Source: Dictyostelium discoideum (Eukaryota). From it: a stretch of DNA of 64,000 bases. This document shows, piece by piece, positions 48,701 to 59,127 of this stretch (positions within the stretch are counted from its first letter, which is position 1; each line of letters opens with the position of its first letter). The DNA lies in the NCBI GenBank assembly GCA_000004695.1, contig CM000152.2:800001-864000 (forward strand), in the 5' to 3' direction. A model generated the notes under the pieces. It saw nothing but the letters and a program-made list of their open reading frames with translations. It was not told the origin of the DNA and searched no databases. The translations under genes and the position numbers were made by a program.

Positions 48701-48931
48701 AATCAAGCTAAAATTGCCTCTGGTACTGTATTCAAATTCATCTCAGCCCCAGTTGTTAAAGGTAATGTCTCCTCAGTTAGCTGTCTCACCTCAAGCACTG
48801 CTGCTGCTGCTCAACAAGCTGCCGGTGCTGCTGCTGCTGCTGCCCAAAAAGCTGCTATGGCTGCTGCCTCTAAAGTTTGGTCAATTGTAAATTCACCATG
48901 TAACTGTGAATGTGGATTGAAGAGATTATAA
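45743..48931 (+). CDS. Large secreted repeat protein of 1062 aa. It is probably a beta-helix / adhesin- or matrix-like protein, with a (GNN)~68 array and Ser/Thr-rich mucin-like repeats.
   Basis: One uninterrupted ORF. Signal MYYRKFVFLLLTLCVFGQSFVQS. There are long runs of short beta-strand-like segments rich in G, N, A, S, T, V and I (for example ASGASMIITGAIKSVSNVFVTVDGIVTVRGGASLIANLNVNGKLNIEAGSLTVNG). The (GNN) array lies at 47669-47873. Two copies of an 84-bp Ser-rich repeat follow (GSNQMPSSTISFPSSGSASSGSFPSS). A poly-Ala/Gln segment follows and the C-terminus is CNCECGLKRL. Codon usage is strongly biased to the C/T-ending set typical of highly expressed Dictyostelium genes (ggt, cca, atc, gtc, acc, aac). 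Confidence 0.75.
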   Translation: MYYRKFVFLLLTLCVFGQSFVQSRTVTLDGTSCGKCQLESMISSLAGGALSSLDDVVIKGVPNAVYTIAKPVLCRAMNITSGTVNLASTIDLRGNLWIASGASMIITGAIKSVSNVFVTVDGIVTVRGGASLIANLNVNGKLNIEAGSLTVNGFIASATALPIVSGAGQLINNGKCIYNAVPTILGTGQFIVNGATQLSKGITCQDKAILSIASKATVDILANSIFAAPIAIASNAEIKLTSGNHVFNGVNGATNSIMTIVNGAVSLNAPSTCHTVDLTGAGSILVNSNSVINTIKAAATAQVNVAKAGLLNINGIADIKAILNLKDTANVVVAAKATANLLGGVNAIAQSQIQAMDSSILNMGKTCTLSQPIIMGKQAVMNAMEGTHSWTQGITSQVNSIINIGSKSNIIANKDCKFGILNLATGSNVNINSGTTIVQGALTTASNSALAVTNAVLNLKATSVIKSALSINAQAKAIFDSKVDLLAGITTHIDSTIDINHNVNILASSTIKSVTNLNANGLLVFGGSKGVSHSCSGDITSDAKSTLNVVAGAILHLDGDAVLAGTHKLVDGSQIIVNGNANIISGLTSTGSALSHFTVGPTGSCVLGNTPMPTLPSFPTIPGFPSFPSASQKSWSHHGHSNNGNNGNNGNNGNNGNNGNNGNNGNNGNNNGNNGNNGNNGNNGNNGNNGNNGNNGNNGNNGNNGNNGNNGQSSGSNQMPSSTISFPSSGSASSGSFPSSSTGSNQMPSSTISFPSSGSASSGSFPSSGSASSGSFPSSGSSNNGQTSGKSTTTTTTTSSSSSSSSITNINGNVIIQTGGSLDVLGKCNVGSTVQNLGSLTLTQPMVIAGNAFTQTSATAVLNMVAGGSIESKVIDFTHGTIQGVGALKCGTCNFANKIAANLNIVGNVKMAATATVYANIDALMSITTSTQTSISQSSTKTVNGKTTTQSSSSSSSSISKQFVPMIVCSGTADVAGNLNVVASEANQAKIASGTVFKFISAPVVKGNVSSVSCLTSSTAAAAQQAAGAAAAAAQKAAMAAASKVWSIVNSPCNCECGLKRL
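47669..47873 (+). repeat. 9-bp coding tandem repeat, (GGTAACAAY)n of about 23 units, encoding (GNN)n.
   Basis: Direct reading: ggtaacaacggtaacaatggtaacaat.... The ORFs on the other frames and strand (47532..48209, 47659..47878 and others) are artefacts of this repeat. Confidence 0.9.
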
Positions 48932-49706
48932 ATTGATTCAACTCCTCCTCTCCAATGACAATAAATTAAAATAATACAACTCATTCTTATTTTTCTTTAT
49001 TCTAACCAATGTATTTGTCAATTAACTTATTAACTTTTTAAACACACCCTTTTCAATTTTAAAACAATAAAAATTTACATATTAAAATTTAAAAAAAAAA
49101 AAAAAAAAAATTTTATTTTATGTCTAATAAGTTCTTAATAAGAAAATTAAAAAAAATTTGAATTTTTTATTAATTAACAATCGATTTCTGATTATTCAAA
49201 AAAATTCTGGTACTAATTTTTAAACTTTGTCCTCTAGGCAAGTCGATTTCTGTCTTTTTTTTTCTCGAATAATTGTTTAATATCATTAGTGTTTAAAATT
49301 TATTCTTTTAAAAAATAGATAAAATGAGATAATTTATTTTATTTTTTCTAATATTTATTTGAGTTAATTTGAAAAGTATATTGGTTTATAATGAAATCTG
49401 TGAATTAATATTGGTTTGACCATTCATTTAAAATAAAAAAATTATAAATTTTTTTTTAATTTAATTTTTTTTTTTTAATAATCTATTCAAGTTTTAAATA
49501 ATTAAATGGTCAATATCATTGCTCAATATTTAAAAAAAAAAAACATTAGGATAAAATTTAAAAATAAATAAATGATCCAGATTTAATTCATTTTTTTTTT
49601 ATTTAAAAACTAATTAATAAAAAATAAAAAAATAGGTATTATCTATTTAATTTAAATTTTTTATTCTGTCTGCTTATTTATCTTTTTAAAAATAAAATAA
49701 TTAAAA

Positions 49707-49742
<36 letters not shown>

Positions 49743-49815
49743 AAAAAAATTTTTTCAAAAAAAAAAAAAAAAGTCCAACTTGATTAATTTTAATATAACT
49801 CTAATATGTATTAAA

Positions 49816-50024
49816 ATGAAATATTTAATAACATTACTATTTATATTCATTTTATTCAATTTTATAAATTCAATAAATGCCTACAAAGATAGAGAAATAG
49901 TTAGAACTCATTTACAAACTATTATTGGTACTGTAAGTACAATATATAATATAAAAAATGAACATACTTTATTTGTTGTGTTTCTTATATTAATTTTTTA
50001 TTTCTTTAAAATAATATTATAATA

Positions 50025-50122
<98 letters not shown>

Positions 50123-50826
50123 TAAAATAACAATATAAATAAAATTTAGTCTGGTACAGTTGACAATCATGATATATCAACTAAATTAGCACCAAGATTT
50201 AAAAGGGATTTATCAAAAAGTTTATTAGCTGTGGATTCAAAAATTAATGGTAAAAAGGTTGATATATTACCACATACACTCTATAGAATTTTATTTTCTT
50301 TTGATAATGATAAATTTAAAACTAGTTGGATTACAATTTGTGATGGAAATGGAACATATTTAAATCAAATCGATTTTTCATTCACTTATTCAAATGATAA
50401 AATTTTAGATTTAAAATGGCATTTAGATTGTATGTAAAAAAAAAAAAAATTGCATATACAAATTTATATTCATAATATTAATATATATTATTTATTGATA
50501 TTTGTTTAATTTATATAAATAGATAATACAGAAGAAGTTCATCATAAAAAGAAACCAAATAATTTTTATATAAATTATAAATGGAAAGAGATTAAGGATA
50601 AAGATATTTCAAGTGGATTGTTTATTTTATTTTTATTTGGAATTTTAATTAGTTCAGTCTCTGTAATTTATATCATTTTCCAATTTACAGGTGTAAAACC
50701 TTCAAAATCATTACCATCATATTATCAAACACTAAATAGTAATTTTAATAATAATAATAATAGTAATGGAAATAATAGTTATAATAGGTCATACCAACAA
50801 AACTCATCACTACCATCACTACCATC

Positions 50827-50915
<89 letters not shown>

Positions 50916-51061
50916 ATAATTTATCACCACCACCACAACAACAACAACAACAACAACAACAATACTATCAAGAAGATAATTTTATAGATACAAGTGCAAA
51001 TGGTAGATCGCCAACTAAAAATATAAATAATCTATCACCAACAACCACAACATCACATTCA

Positions 51062-51097
<36 letters not shown>

Positions 51098-51130
51098 CAA
51101 CCAGATATATCAGAAATGGAATCTTTGTAA
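49816..51130 (+). CDS. Type I membrane protein of about 334 aa in three exons, with a Gln-rich and acidic cytoplasmic tail.
   Basis: Exons are 49816..49932 (signal peptide MKYLITLLFIFILFNFINSINA, donor GTAAGT), 50150..50429 (donor GTATGT) and 50523..51130. Intron 1 is filled with (TAA)n. The TM is GLFILFLFGILISSVSVIYIIF. The tail carries Q(>30) and D(9). Confidence 0.7.
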
Positions 51131-51200
51131 AAAATAATAAAAAAAAAAGATTAATAAAAAAAAAAAAAAAATAATTAAAAAAATTAAAAAAACACTGTGT

Positions 51201-51528
51201 TTATTTTAAATTATTTATTGTAAAATCAACGATTTTAGGTACTTGTTCCATTGCACCCATACCAATATCACCACAAAATAATTTCTTTTCAATTGGATCA
51301 ATTATAAAAACATTTGGAGAAATTGATTTTAAAGTTTCAATATGTTTAAAAGTGAATGGATTCTCCCACATCATAGTATTCATTGCGGGTGCTAAAATCA
51401 TGGATTTATTCTTATAATCCCATGCCCTAATTAATGAAGTTAATAAATTATCACATAACCCATTTGAAATTTTACCAAGTGTATTTGCTGAACATGGTGA
51501 TATTAATATTGAATTTGCCCAATTTCTT

Positions 51529-51564
<36 letters not shown>

Positions 51565-51894
51565 AAATAAATGGAAATATTTAGGTTTATATATTTTCTT
51601 GTATGTTAATATATTTATCCCAATACATACATCAATATGAAGAGCACTTCTTTTTAATAAATCTACATTTTCCCATTCATCTTTATCTTTATATATTTTA
51701 CATTTTGAAGAAATAAATTCAAAGTCTTGATCTGATAAGAATTTTAAAGAAGTTTCTGTTGGTATTACAATTAAATTAAAATGTTGAATCAATTGTTCAA
51801 CTAATAATTTAGCTTTAATTGTAGCCACACTACCAGTCAATCCTAAAATAAGATTTTTTTTGTCATTATTATAATTGTTTATAGTAATTGTCAT
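51201..51894 (-). CDS. Phosphopantothenoylcysteine decarboxylase (PPCDC, HFCD flavoprotein; coenzyme A biosynthesis), about 197 aa in two exons.
   Basis: Exons are 51894..51631 and 51530..51201. Exon 1 ends ...ILGLTGSVATIKAKLLVEQL...SALHID (donor GTATGT). Exon 2 reads LRNWANSILISPCSANTLGKISNGLCDNLLTSLIRAWDYKNKSMILAPAMNTMMWENPFT.... The motifs PASANTLAK-like and PAMN are conserved. The readthrough ORF segment 'VCIGINILTYKK...' is intron. Confidence 0.85.
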
Positions 51895-52050
51895 ATTAAT
51901 AAAAAAAAGTGTTTTAAAAAAAAAAATAAAAAAAAATTTTAATAAAAAAAAAAAAAAAAAATAAAAACAAAAAATTAAAAAAAAAAATAAAACAATTATT
52001 TAAATAATTTTAAAAATAATATATGTAAAGACATGGCCTTCAAATCCTTT

Positions 52051-52088
<38 letters not shown>

Positions 52089-52175
52089 TTAGACAACATT
52101 CACAAAAATTGGGAGGGTGCGCAATAAAAAAAATTAATTTAATTTATAAATAAAAAAAATTACTAAATAATTTAT

Positions 52176-52218
52176 TTAAAAGTAAATATTTTGAACCTTT
52201 TGTTGTTGTTGTTGTTGC

Positions 52219-52249
<31 letters not shown>

Positions 52250-53672
52250 GATATTGATTTGGTTGCATCATTGGTTGATTAGGTCTCATCATATTATTAT
52301 TCATATTGTTGTTACTATTATTGAAACCCATACCATTATTCATTGGTTGTTGTTGCATACCGAATCCATTATTCATTGGTTGTTGCATGCCATTATTCAT
52401 CATACCATTATTGAATCCCATTGGTTGTTGTTGCATTCCCATTCCCATACCGTTGCTCATTGGTTGGTTAGGTCTCATCATATTATTATTCATATTGTTG
52501 TTACTATTATTGAAACCCATACCATTATTCATTGGTTGTTGTTGTTGCATACCAAAACCATTATTCATTGGTTGGTGTTGTTGTTGTTGCATCATCATCA
52601 TACTGTTATTATTATTATTCATCATCATACCATTATTATTATTATTCATCATATCATTATTGTTCATCATACCATTGTTATTTCTATTTTGAGTTGGAAC
52701 CAATGTTGATGGTGCACTCTTCATATTATTATTATTATTACTACTATTGACATTAGTATTTGGTGTGAAATTAAAATCATTGAGATTTAAACTATTTCTA
52801 TTGTTAATTACTCCATTTTCACCTTGAGAAGATTGAAATGCTGCTTTAATTTGTAATGCTTTTTCATTATATGCTGGATCGAATGGGTTATGATAATTTG
52901 ATGGATTAACTTGATTTAATGATGGTTGTTGTGATGGTGGAGGACTTGTTGTAAATCCTCCAAATGGTTGCATTGATTGTTGTTGTGGTTGTTGTTGTGA
53001 TTGTTGTTGTTGTTGTTGAGATATATTTGTTACATGGAATGGATCTAATTCAAATGATGGTTGTGATGTAGTTGGTTTATTAAAAGAGTGTTGTTGGTGA
53101 ACTTGTTGTTGTTGTTGTTGTTGTTGCTGTTGTTGTTGTTGTGGTGGTGGTGCACTACTAAATAAATCATCATCAAAATTAATTAGTTCATCATTTTTCT
53201 TATTATTATTATTATTATTACTATAACTATTACTGTTTCTACCTGTACTATTTACCATATTATCATTACCACTATTATTATTATTATTATTATTACTATT
53301 ATTATTATTATAATTATTATTGAATGAATTTGAAGAACCACCTTGAGATGAAATTCTACCACCATTACTACCAGTTTTACTACCAAAATTATTTGTATAA
53401 ACTGGATGTGGTGGTAAACCATCATCCTCTAAATCTCTTAAATACTCCTCTAAACCTTGAACTACAGTTGATGGAGCTCTTGATAATTCTGGTAAATCGA
53501 TATGGAATTTTCTACGAGAAGAACTGAAAAACTCAATGATTGCATCAGTTTCTCTCATAAATACTTTATAGACATCCAATGCTTTTGTTGCATCTCTTTT
53601 TGTCATTTTAAAATATAATTCTAAACATAAAATAAGCAATAGATTATTTATTTAGTATTTGTTGTTATTATT

Positions 53673-53704
<32 letters not shown>

Positions 53705-54170
53705 ATACCTAAAATATTTAAAACTGCATCATTTAAATTACAATACATTTTAAAACTATCTTTTAATAATAATTCAAAAGCATTGATAGTGATGATATTA
53801 TCACAAACTTCTTCAACATGAGTTGCTAATAATGCATCGAATTGTCTTTGCATTTTTGGAATTCTTGTTAAAAGTTGTTCAATTGTTAAACCTTTTGAAG
53901 AAAAGGTATCCTTATCAAATTCTTGTCTCATCTCTCTAAATGCAAATACTTTCTCCTCTAAATAAGATGAATATCTTCTAATGAAAACAGATTGTTGATG
54001 TGCTTGAGTCGATGTCATATCTGTGAATCTTGATAATGGGAATACATTACCTCTATGTGTTAAATCCTCTAAAAATCTTGTATTACCACCTGCCAAAACT
54101 CTATGAAATACAATTAAAGTTTTTAAAACAATCTAAAATTTTTTTTTTTTTTTTTTTTTTTTTCATATTG

Positions 54171-54211
<41 letters not shown>

Positions 54212-54714
54212 ATTTTTTTTTTTTTTTTTTATTATCATACATACAATCCAGTCCGGTTGTTCCATTCTTTTTAATAAACTTTGATATAAATCACCAATTG
54301 GTCCAAGTCTTTCATGGGTGTAGATAATTAATTCTATTTTTAAAAATTAAATAAAATATGATATGATATGATATTGATATATGTTAATATATTTTATAAT
54401 TTTTTAGATATGAGTATATAAATAAAAAAAAATGTTATTTGCTACATACTTCTAACATGTTTTTCTTTTGGAATCTTTAATGAAATAAAAAAATAAAAAT
54501 AAAAAATAAAAAATAAAAAAATTTTGATTAGTTAAAATTTATCTTAGAAAAAAAAAAAAAAAAAAATTAAAAAGATATTTATTAATTAAAAAAAAAAAAA
54601 AAAACATACTCTTAACTTATGTCTGGTTGCTTTAATAACAGATCTATCCAAGTCATTAAAACTTGCCCTTACAATATTTGCTTGGTCAAGTGCTTTTCCC
54701 CATGGTGTCGACAT
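52176..54714 (-). CDS. clmA: Clathrin assembly protein AP180 (ANTH domain), about 685 aa in five exons, with a Met/Asn/Gln/Gly-rich C-terminal region.
   Basis: Exons are 54714..54610, 54474..54450 (a 25-nt micro-exon), 54333..54241, 54098..53709 and 53620..52176. The ANTH region is MSTPWGKALDQANIVRASFNDLDRSVIKATRHKLRIPKEKHVRKLIIYTHE...FIRRYSSYLEEKVFAFREM...ALDVYKVFMRETDAIIEFF. This aligns with CALM/AP180 (CKATTHEIMGPKKKHLDYLIQ..., FIRRYSRYLNEKA). Most donors are GTATGT. The exon 3/4 junction is the least certain. The symbol is assigned from memory of the Dictyostelium AP180 gene name. Confidence 0.75.
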
Positions 54715-54815
54715 TTTTGTTTGTTTTTTTATATATATAAAAAAAATAACTATTATTACTTTTTATTAGTCACAAATAATAAAAAAAAAAAAAAAAAAAT
54801 GGTGAAAAATTAAAA

Positions 54816-54852
<37 letters not shown>

Positions 54853-55257
54853 AGGTGGTGAAAATAAAAAAAATAAAAAATAAAAAATAAAAAAAATAAA
54901 AATTAAAAAATATAAAAAAAATTGAAAATTAATATGCTGATAACTTCTATTTTTATTTCTATTTTTATCCAAAATAAAAAAAAAAAAAAAAAATAAATAA
55001 CAAAATAGTATTCCAGGTCTGAGTAGGAAAAAAAAAAAAAATCAAAAAAAAAAAGAAATAATATTTTTATTCTTTTTTAATGTAAATAAATTTATTTGAT
55101 TTTTTAAATAAATATATATTATACAAATATTCTAAAAATAAAATTATTTCAGATTTTTTTTTTTTTTTTCTATTTTTTTTTTTTTTTAATAATTATTATT
55201 ATTATTTTTTTTTTATTTTTTTTTTATTGTTTTTTTATTTTTTTTTTTTAAAAGTTT

Positions 55258-56955
55258 TTAAGCTTTAGTTTGTCTTGCAATTTCTTCTTTTGCTTTTTTA
55301 CCAATATTAATAACTTTACCAAAAGCGATAGTTTTGGTTGAATCACGAATAGTGAAACGAGCTAATTGTGGATTTGTAGTGAATTCTTCTAAACAAACAG
55401 CTCTACCAAGTACTAAACGACATTTAACGGCATCACCAACTTTGCAAAAGGTTGGTTTTTGTTTAATTTCAGTTGAGGTTTTAGTATCGATGGTAGCGAT
55501 TAAAGATTTGACGGTGACATCTTCGACGGCAGTATGAGCATGGAAGATGGCAGAGAAGCTTGGAGTGAATAGTCTACGTTCCTCTGGCATATCTAAAATG
55601 TAAACGATTGCTTCAATTTCAGAGACGACTGGTACTGGTCTATTGATTTCAGCGAGAATGGAACCTGGACGAATAGAATCATCACCTTCGATACCTTTGA
55701 GGGCGATGGTGATATTCTCACCAGGACGAGCAGTTTTGAAACTACAGATATCACCAGTGAGTGAGATGACTTCAACCTTTGTTTTACCAGGCATAATGTG
55801 AATGCTTTGACCAACGCTGATTGTACCAGACTCAACCTTACCAATTACATTGACGATACCTCTATCCTTGTAGGAGGTGGTGATTGGAATTCTGAGGGCA
55901 CCACCTTCATTACGTTCCATTCCTGATAAATTATCGAGGGTACCAATGAGTGATGGACCACTGTACCAATCACAAACACCAGGTGCCAATGGTGCCAAGA
56001 CATTCAATGTACCATAACCACTACCAGGAACGAAATGGAAGTCCTTCTTTGGATTCCAACCACATTTCTTCAAGTGGACTGTTAATTTATCTGTGATTTC
56101 ATCGTAACGTGCTTTGCTCCACTTTACGGTTGGTTCATCCATTTTGTTTACGAAAACGACCAAATATTTAATACCAATCATTTTTGCCAAACGAGCATGT
56201 TCAATGGTTTGACCGCCCTCTACACCTGCTTCAAATTCACCCTTCTTTGATGAGATAACCAAAATACCAACATCTGCTTGTGCTGCACCAATAATCATAT
56301 TTGGTACGTATAATCTGTGACCTGGAGCATCGAGAATGGTGTATCTCTTTTTGGTGGTTTCAAAATGTGCACGACCAACCTCTACTGTCTTACCTTTGGT
56401 ACGTTCTTCTTCGTTTGTATCCATAATGTATGCATAGATCCAACCTTCACGATGGTTCTCTTTGGCTTCTCTTTCATATTTTGCAAGAGTATGTGGATCA
56501 ACTTGTCCTGTTAAAACCATAATACTACCTGAAAGTGTTGATTTACCTGCATCTACATGTCCTAAAAATACTATATTAAGATGTTCTCTGCTATCTTCTG
56601 GTAATACTTTTACAACTTGTTCAATTTTCTCTGCAACTTCATCAACTTCATCATCATCTTCGATGTCATCATCTTCAACTTTATATACTGATTCAGTTGG
56701 TTTAATATTTTCTAAATCTTCTTCAGTTTTAATTGATGATACTGAAGTTGTAGTAGCTGTGGTAGTTGGTTCTTCTTTAGTTTCTACTGGTGCTGGTGTT
56801 GGTGTTGGTTCTGCAACAACTGGTGCTGCTACTGGTTCGGCAACAACAGCAACTGGTGCTGCTGGTGCTGGTGCTGCTGGTTTAGCAACAAATTTTGGTA
56901 CAAACGATGAAGCGTTTGGATTTAATTTCATCTTTTTTAAATTGTACTGAAACAA
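55258..56955 (-). CDS. erf3: Eukaryotic peptide-chain release factor GTP-binding subunit eRF3 (GSPT-like), 565 aa, single exon. Hbs1 is a less likely alternative.
   Basis: N-terminal PAM2-like motif KLNPNASSFVPKF. Pro/Ala/Thr-rich linker. GTPase G1 GHVDAGKST, DAPGH, NKMD. EF-Tu-like domains II and III. C-terminus ...RFTIRDSTKTIAFGKVINI is eRF3-like. Codon usage is moderately biased. The symbol is inferred. Confidence 0.75.
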   Translation of the reverse strand: MFQYNLKKMKLNPNASSFVPKFVAKPAAPAPAAPVAVVAEPVAAPVVAEPTPTPAPVETKEEPTTTATTTSVSSIKTEEDLENIKPTESVYKVEDDDIEDDDEVDEVAEKIEQVVKVLPEDSREHLNIVFLGHVDAGKSTLSGSIMVLTGQVDPHTLAKYEREAKENHREGWIYAYIMDTNEEERTKGKTVEVGRAHFETTKKRYTILDAPGHRLYVPNMIIGAAQADVGILVISSKKGEFEAGVEGGQTIEHARLAKMIGIKYLVVFVNKMDEPTVKWSKARYDEITDKLTVHLKKCGWNPKKDFHFVPGSGYGTLNVLAPLAPGVCDWYSGPSLIGTLDNLSGMERNEGGALRIPITTSYKDRGIVNVIGKVESGTISVGQSIHIMPGKTKVEVISLTGDICSFKTARPGENITIALKGIEGDDSIRPGSILAEINRPVPVVSEIEAIVYILDMPEERRLFTPSFSAIFHAHTAVEDVTVKSLIATIDTKTSTEIKQKPTFCKVGDAVKCRLVLGRAVCLEEFTTNPQLARFTIRDSTKTIAFGKVINIGKKAKEEIARQTKA

Positions 56956-57598
56956 TAATTAATTGTCAGAATACACTAAATATTTTGAAAATTTTTTATT
57001 GGAGTGAGAAAAAAAAAAAAAAAAAAAAAAATTTTAAAAACGAATTTTTTTTTTTTTTTTTTTTTTTTTATAAAAATAAATTTGAAATAATTTGGTAAAT
57101 AAAAATAAAAATAAAAAAAAAAAAAAAAAAAAAAAACAATTTATACCAAATTTATTCTTATCCTTATCTCAAATTTTTTTTTATGAAACAGGATATAATT
57201 TTGGAAATAATTTGGATTGTTTTTTAAAATAAGATAAAAAAAAAAGTTTTATTTATATATAAAACTTTTTATATTTTTATTTTTAAAAAATGTGGTAAAA
57301 ATTTAGAATTAATTCAGAATGATCTAGGAGAAGATCTTTAAAATTTATATATATAATAATATTTATAAAAAAAAAAAAAAAAAAAAAAACAATTGTTTAT
57401 TTTTTTTATTTTCATTTTATTTTTTTTAATTTTTTTTTATATACAAAAAGAAAATATTCTTTAACTAAAGTTTTTTTTTTTTTTTTTTTTTAAATACAAA
57501 AAAAGAAAATTAATTAATTTTAAAACAATGCAACATTAAATTCCTTATATTCACTGTTTTTTTTGGCAACAAAAATCTTGTGGTTTAAACGAATTTAA

Positions 57599-57630
<32 letters not shown>

Positions 57631-57715
57631 AATTTTTTATTTTTTTTTTTTTTATTTTTTTATTTTTTTTATTTTTTTTTTCGAACGATTAATTAATTAA
57701 AAAATAAAAATAATA

Positions 57716-58660
57716 ATGATAAGAAATAATAATAAATTTTCAAATATTTATAAAAATTGTAAAAGATATTATTGTAATAGTAATACAAATAATGGAAAAC
57801 CAGTTGATTTAGTATTTAATATTCAAAATCCCACAACAACAACGAATGGTGTTGGTAAAAATTTAAATGAAATTAAAAATATAATTATATTACATGGATT
57901 ATTCGGAGCAGGTGGTAATTGGAGATCAGTTTCACCGAAAATTGCAGATTTAACAAATTGTAACGTTATTCAAGTGGATCAAAGAAATCATGGTACAAGT
58001 CCACATAGTGATGAATTTTCCTATAAATTAATGTCTGATGATTTAAATCAGTTAATTAACAAGCAATCAATTGAGGATCTTTGTATCATCGGTCACAGTA
58101 TGGGTGGCAGAGTGGCAATGCTATACTCACTATTGAATCCAACCAAAGTGAAGAAATTGATAGTTGTTGACATCTCACCAAGTGAATTAAAGAGTAATAC
58201 AATTTTAGAATTTAAAGATTACTTGGAACGTATGAAGTCGATGGACTTATCTAAAATTTCAAATAGACGCCAAGCTGAGGACTGGCTAGAACCAGCGGTA
58301 CCAGATAAAGGTGTAAGACTATTCCTATTGACAAATTTGATTTTGGGCGATAATGGTAAATACTTCTGGAGAATGAATATCGATGGTCTTTTAAAAAATA
58401 TCGAAAGTGTATCTTCTTTCCCAAGTGAATCGGAAATTCAGTCTTTAAAAAACTCAACATCACCAGTTCAATACACAAATGATACCCTATTCATTAGTGG
58501 TGGTAAATCAAAATTCATTCAAGATAGGGATTTACCAAAAATTAAACAATTCTTTCCAAATTATAAATTAGAAGTAGTTCCGCATGTTGGTCATTGGATA
58601 CATGCTGAAGATCCAATTAAATTTGTTAATATAGCTTCAAATTTTATAAATAAAAATTAA
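57716..58660 (+). CDS. Alpha/beta-hydrolase fold protein of 314 aa, ABHD11-like, with an N-terminal presequence-like region.
   Basis: Single ORF. Motif HG-box IILHGLFGAGGNW. Nucleophile elbow GHSMGG. A C-terminal His (PHVGHWIHAED). N-terminus MIRNNNKFSNIYKNCKRYY. Confidence 0.75.
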   Translation: MIRNNNKFSNIYKNCKRYYCNSNTNNGKPVDLVFNIQNPTTTTNGVGKNLNEIKNIIILHGLFGAGGNWRSVSPKIADLTNCNVIQVDQRNHGTSPHSDEFSYKLMSDDLNQLINKQSIEDLCIIGHSMGGRVAMLYSLLNPTKVKKLIVVDISPSELKSNTILEFKDYLERMKSMDLSKISNRRQAEDWLEPAVPDKGVRLFLLTNLILGDNGKYFWRMNIDGLLKNIESVSSFPSESEIQSLKNSTSPVQYTNDTLFISGGKSKFIQDRDLPKIKQFFPNYKLEVVPHVGHWIHAEDPIKFVNIASNFINKN

Positions 58661-59127
58661 ATTATTTTATTTTATTTTATTTTGATTTTTTTTTTTTTTT
58701 TTTTGTTTAATTAAATTATTTAGAAAAAAAAAAAAAAAAAAAAAATTAATTTTAAAACAAAAAAAAATGTTATCTTTTAATCTTTTTTGTTCCCAATTTG
58801 AAAAGGGTCGTGATCAAAAATTCTTTGCAGACCCAAACTGTTTTTCAAGTAAAAAAACTTTTTTTTTTTTTTTTTTTTTTTGTTTTTTCAAAATTAAAAA
58901 AAAAAAAAAAAAAAAATTAAAAAAAAAAATCAACAATTATCTAGACACTACCACCAATCACTTTTTAATTTATACCTTTTTTTTTTTTTTTCCATTTTAT
59001 TTGTGTATTTTTTTTCTTTAATAAAATTCTAAAAATAATTTTTAAAATAAAAAAAAAAAAAAAAAAAGTGGTTTCACATATTATTATTTCTAATAATAGT
59101 AATATTAGATTGTAAACAAGACTTAAA

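Noticed and set aside
51472-51630. Readthrough segment '[36 protein letters not shown]...' of ORF 51472..51894
   Set aside because: It is an intron of the PPCDC gene. It contains a poly(A) run, and splicing at GTATGT...AG restores the conserved PPCDC sequence.
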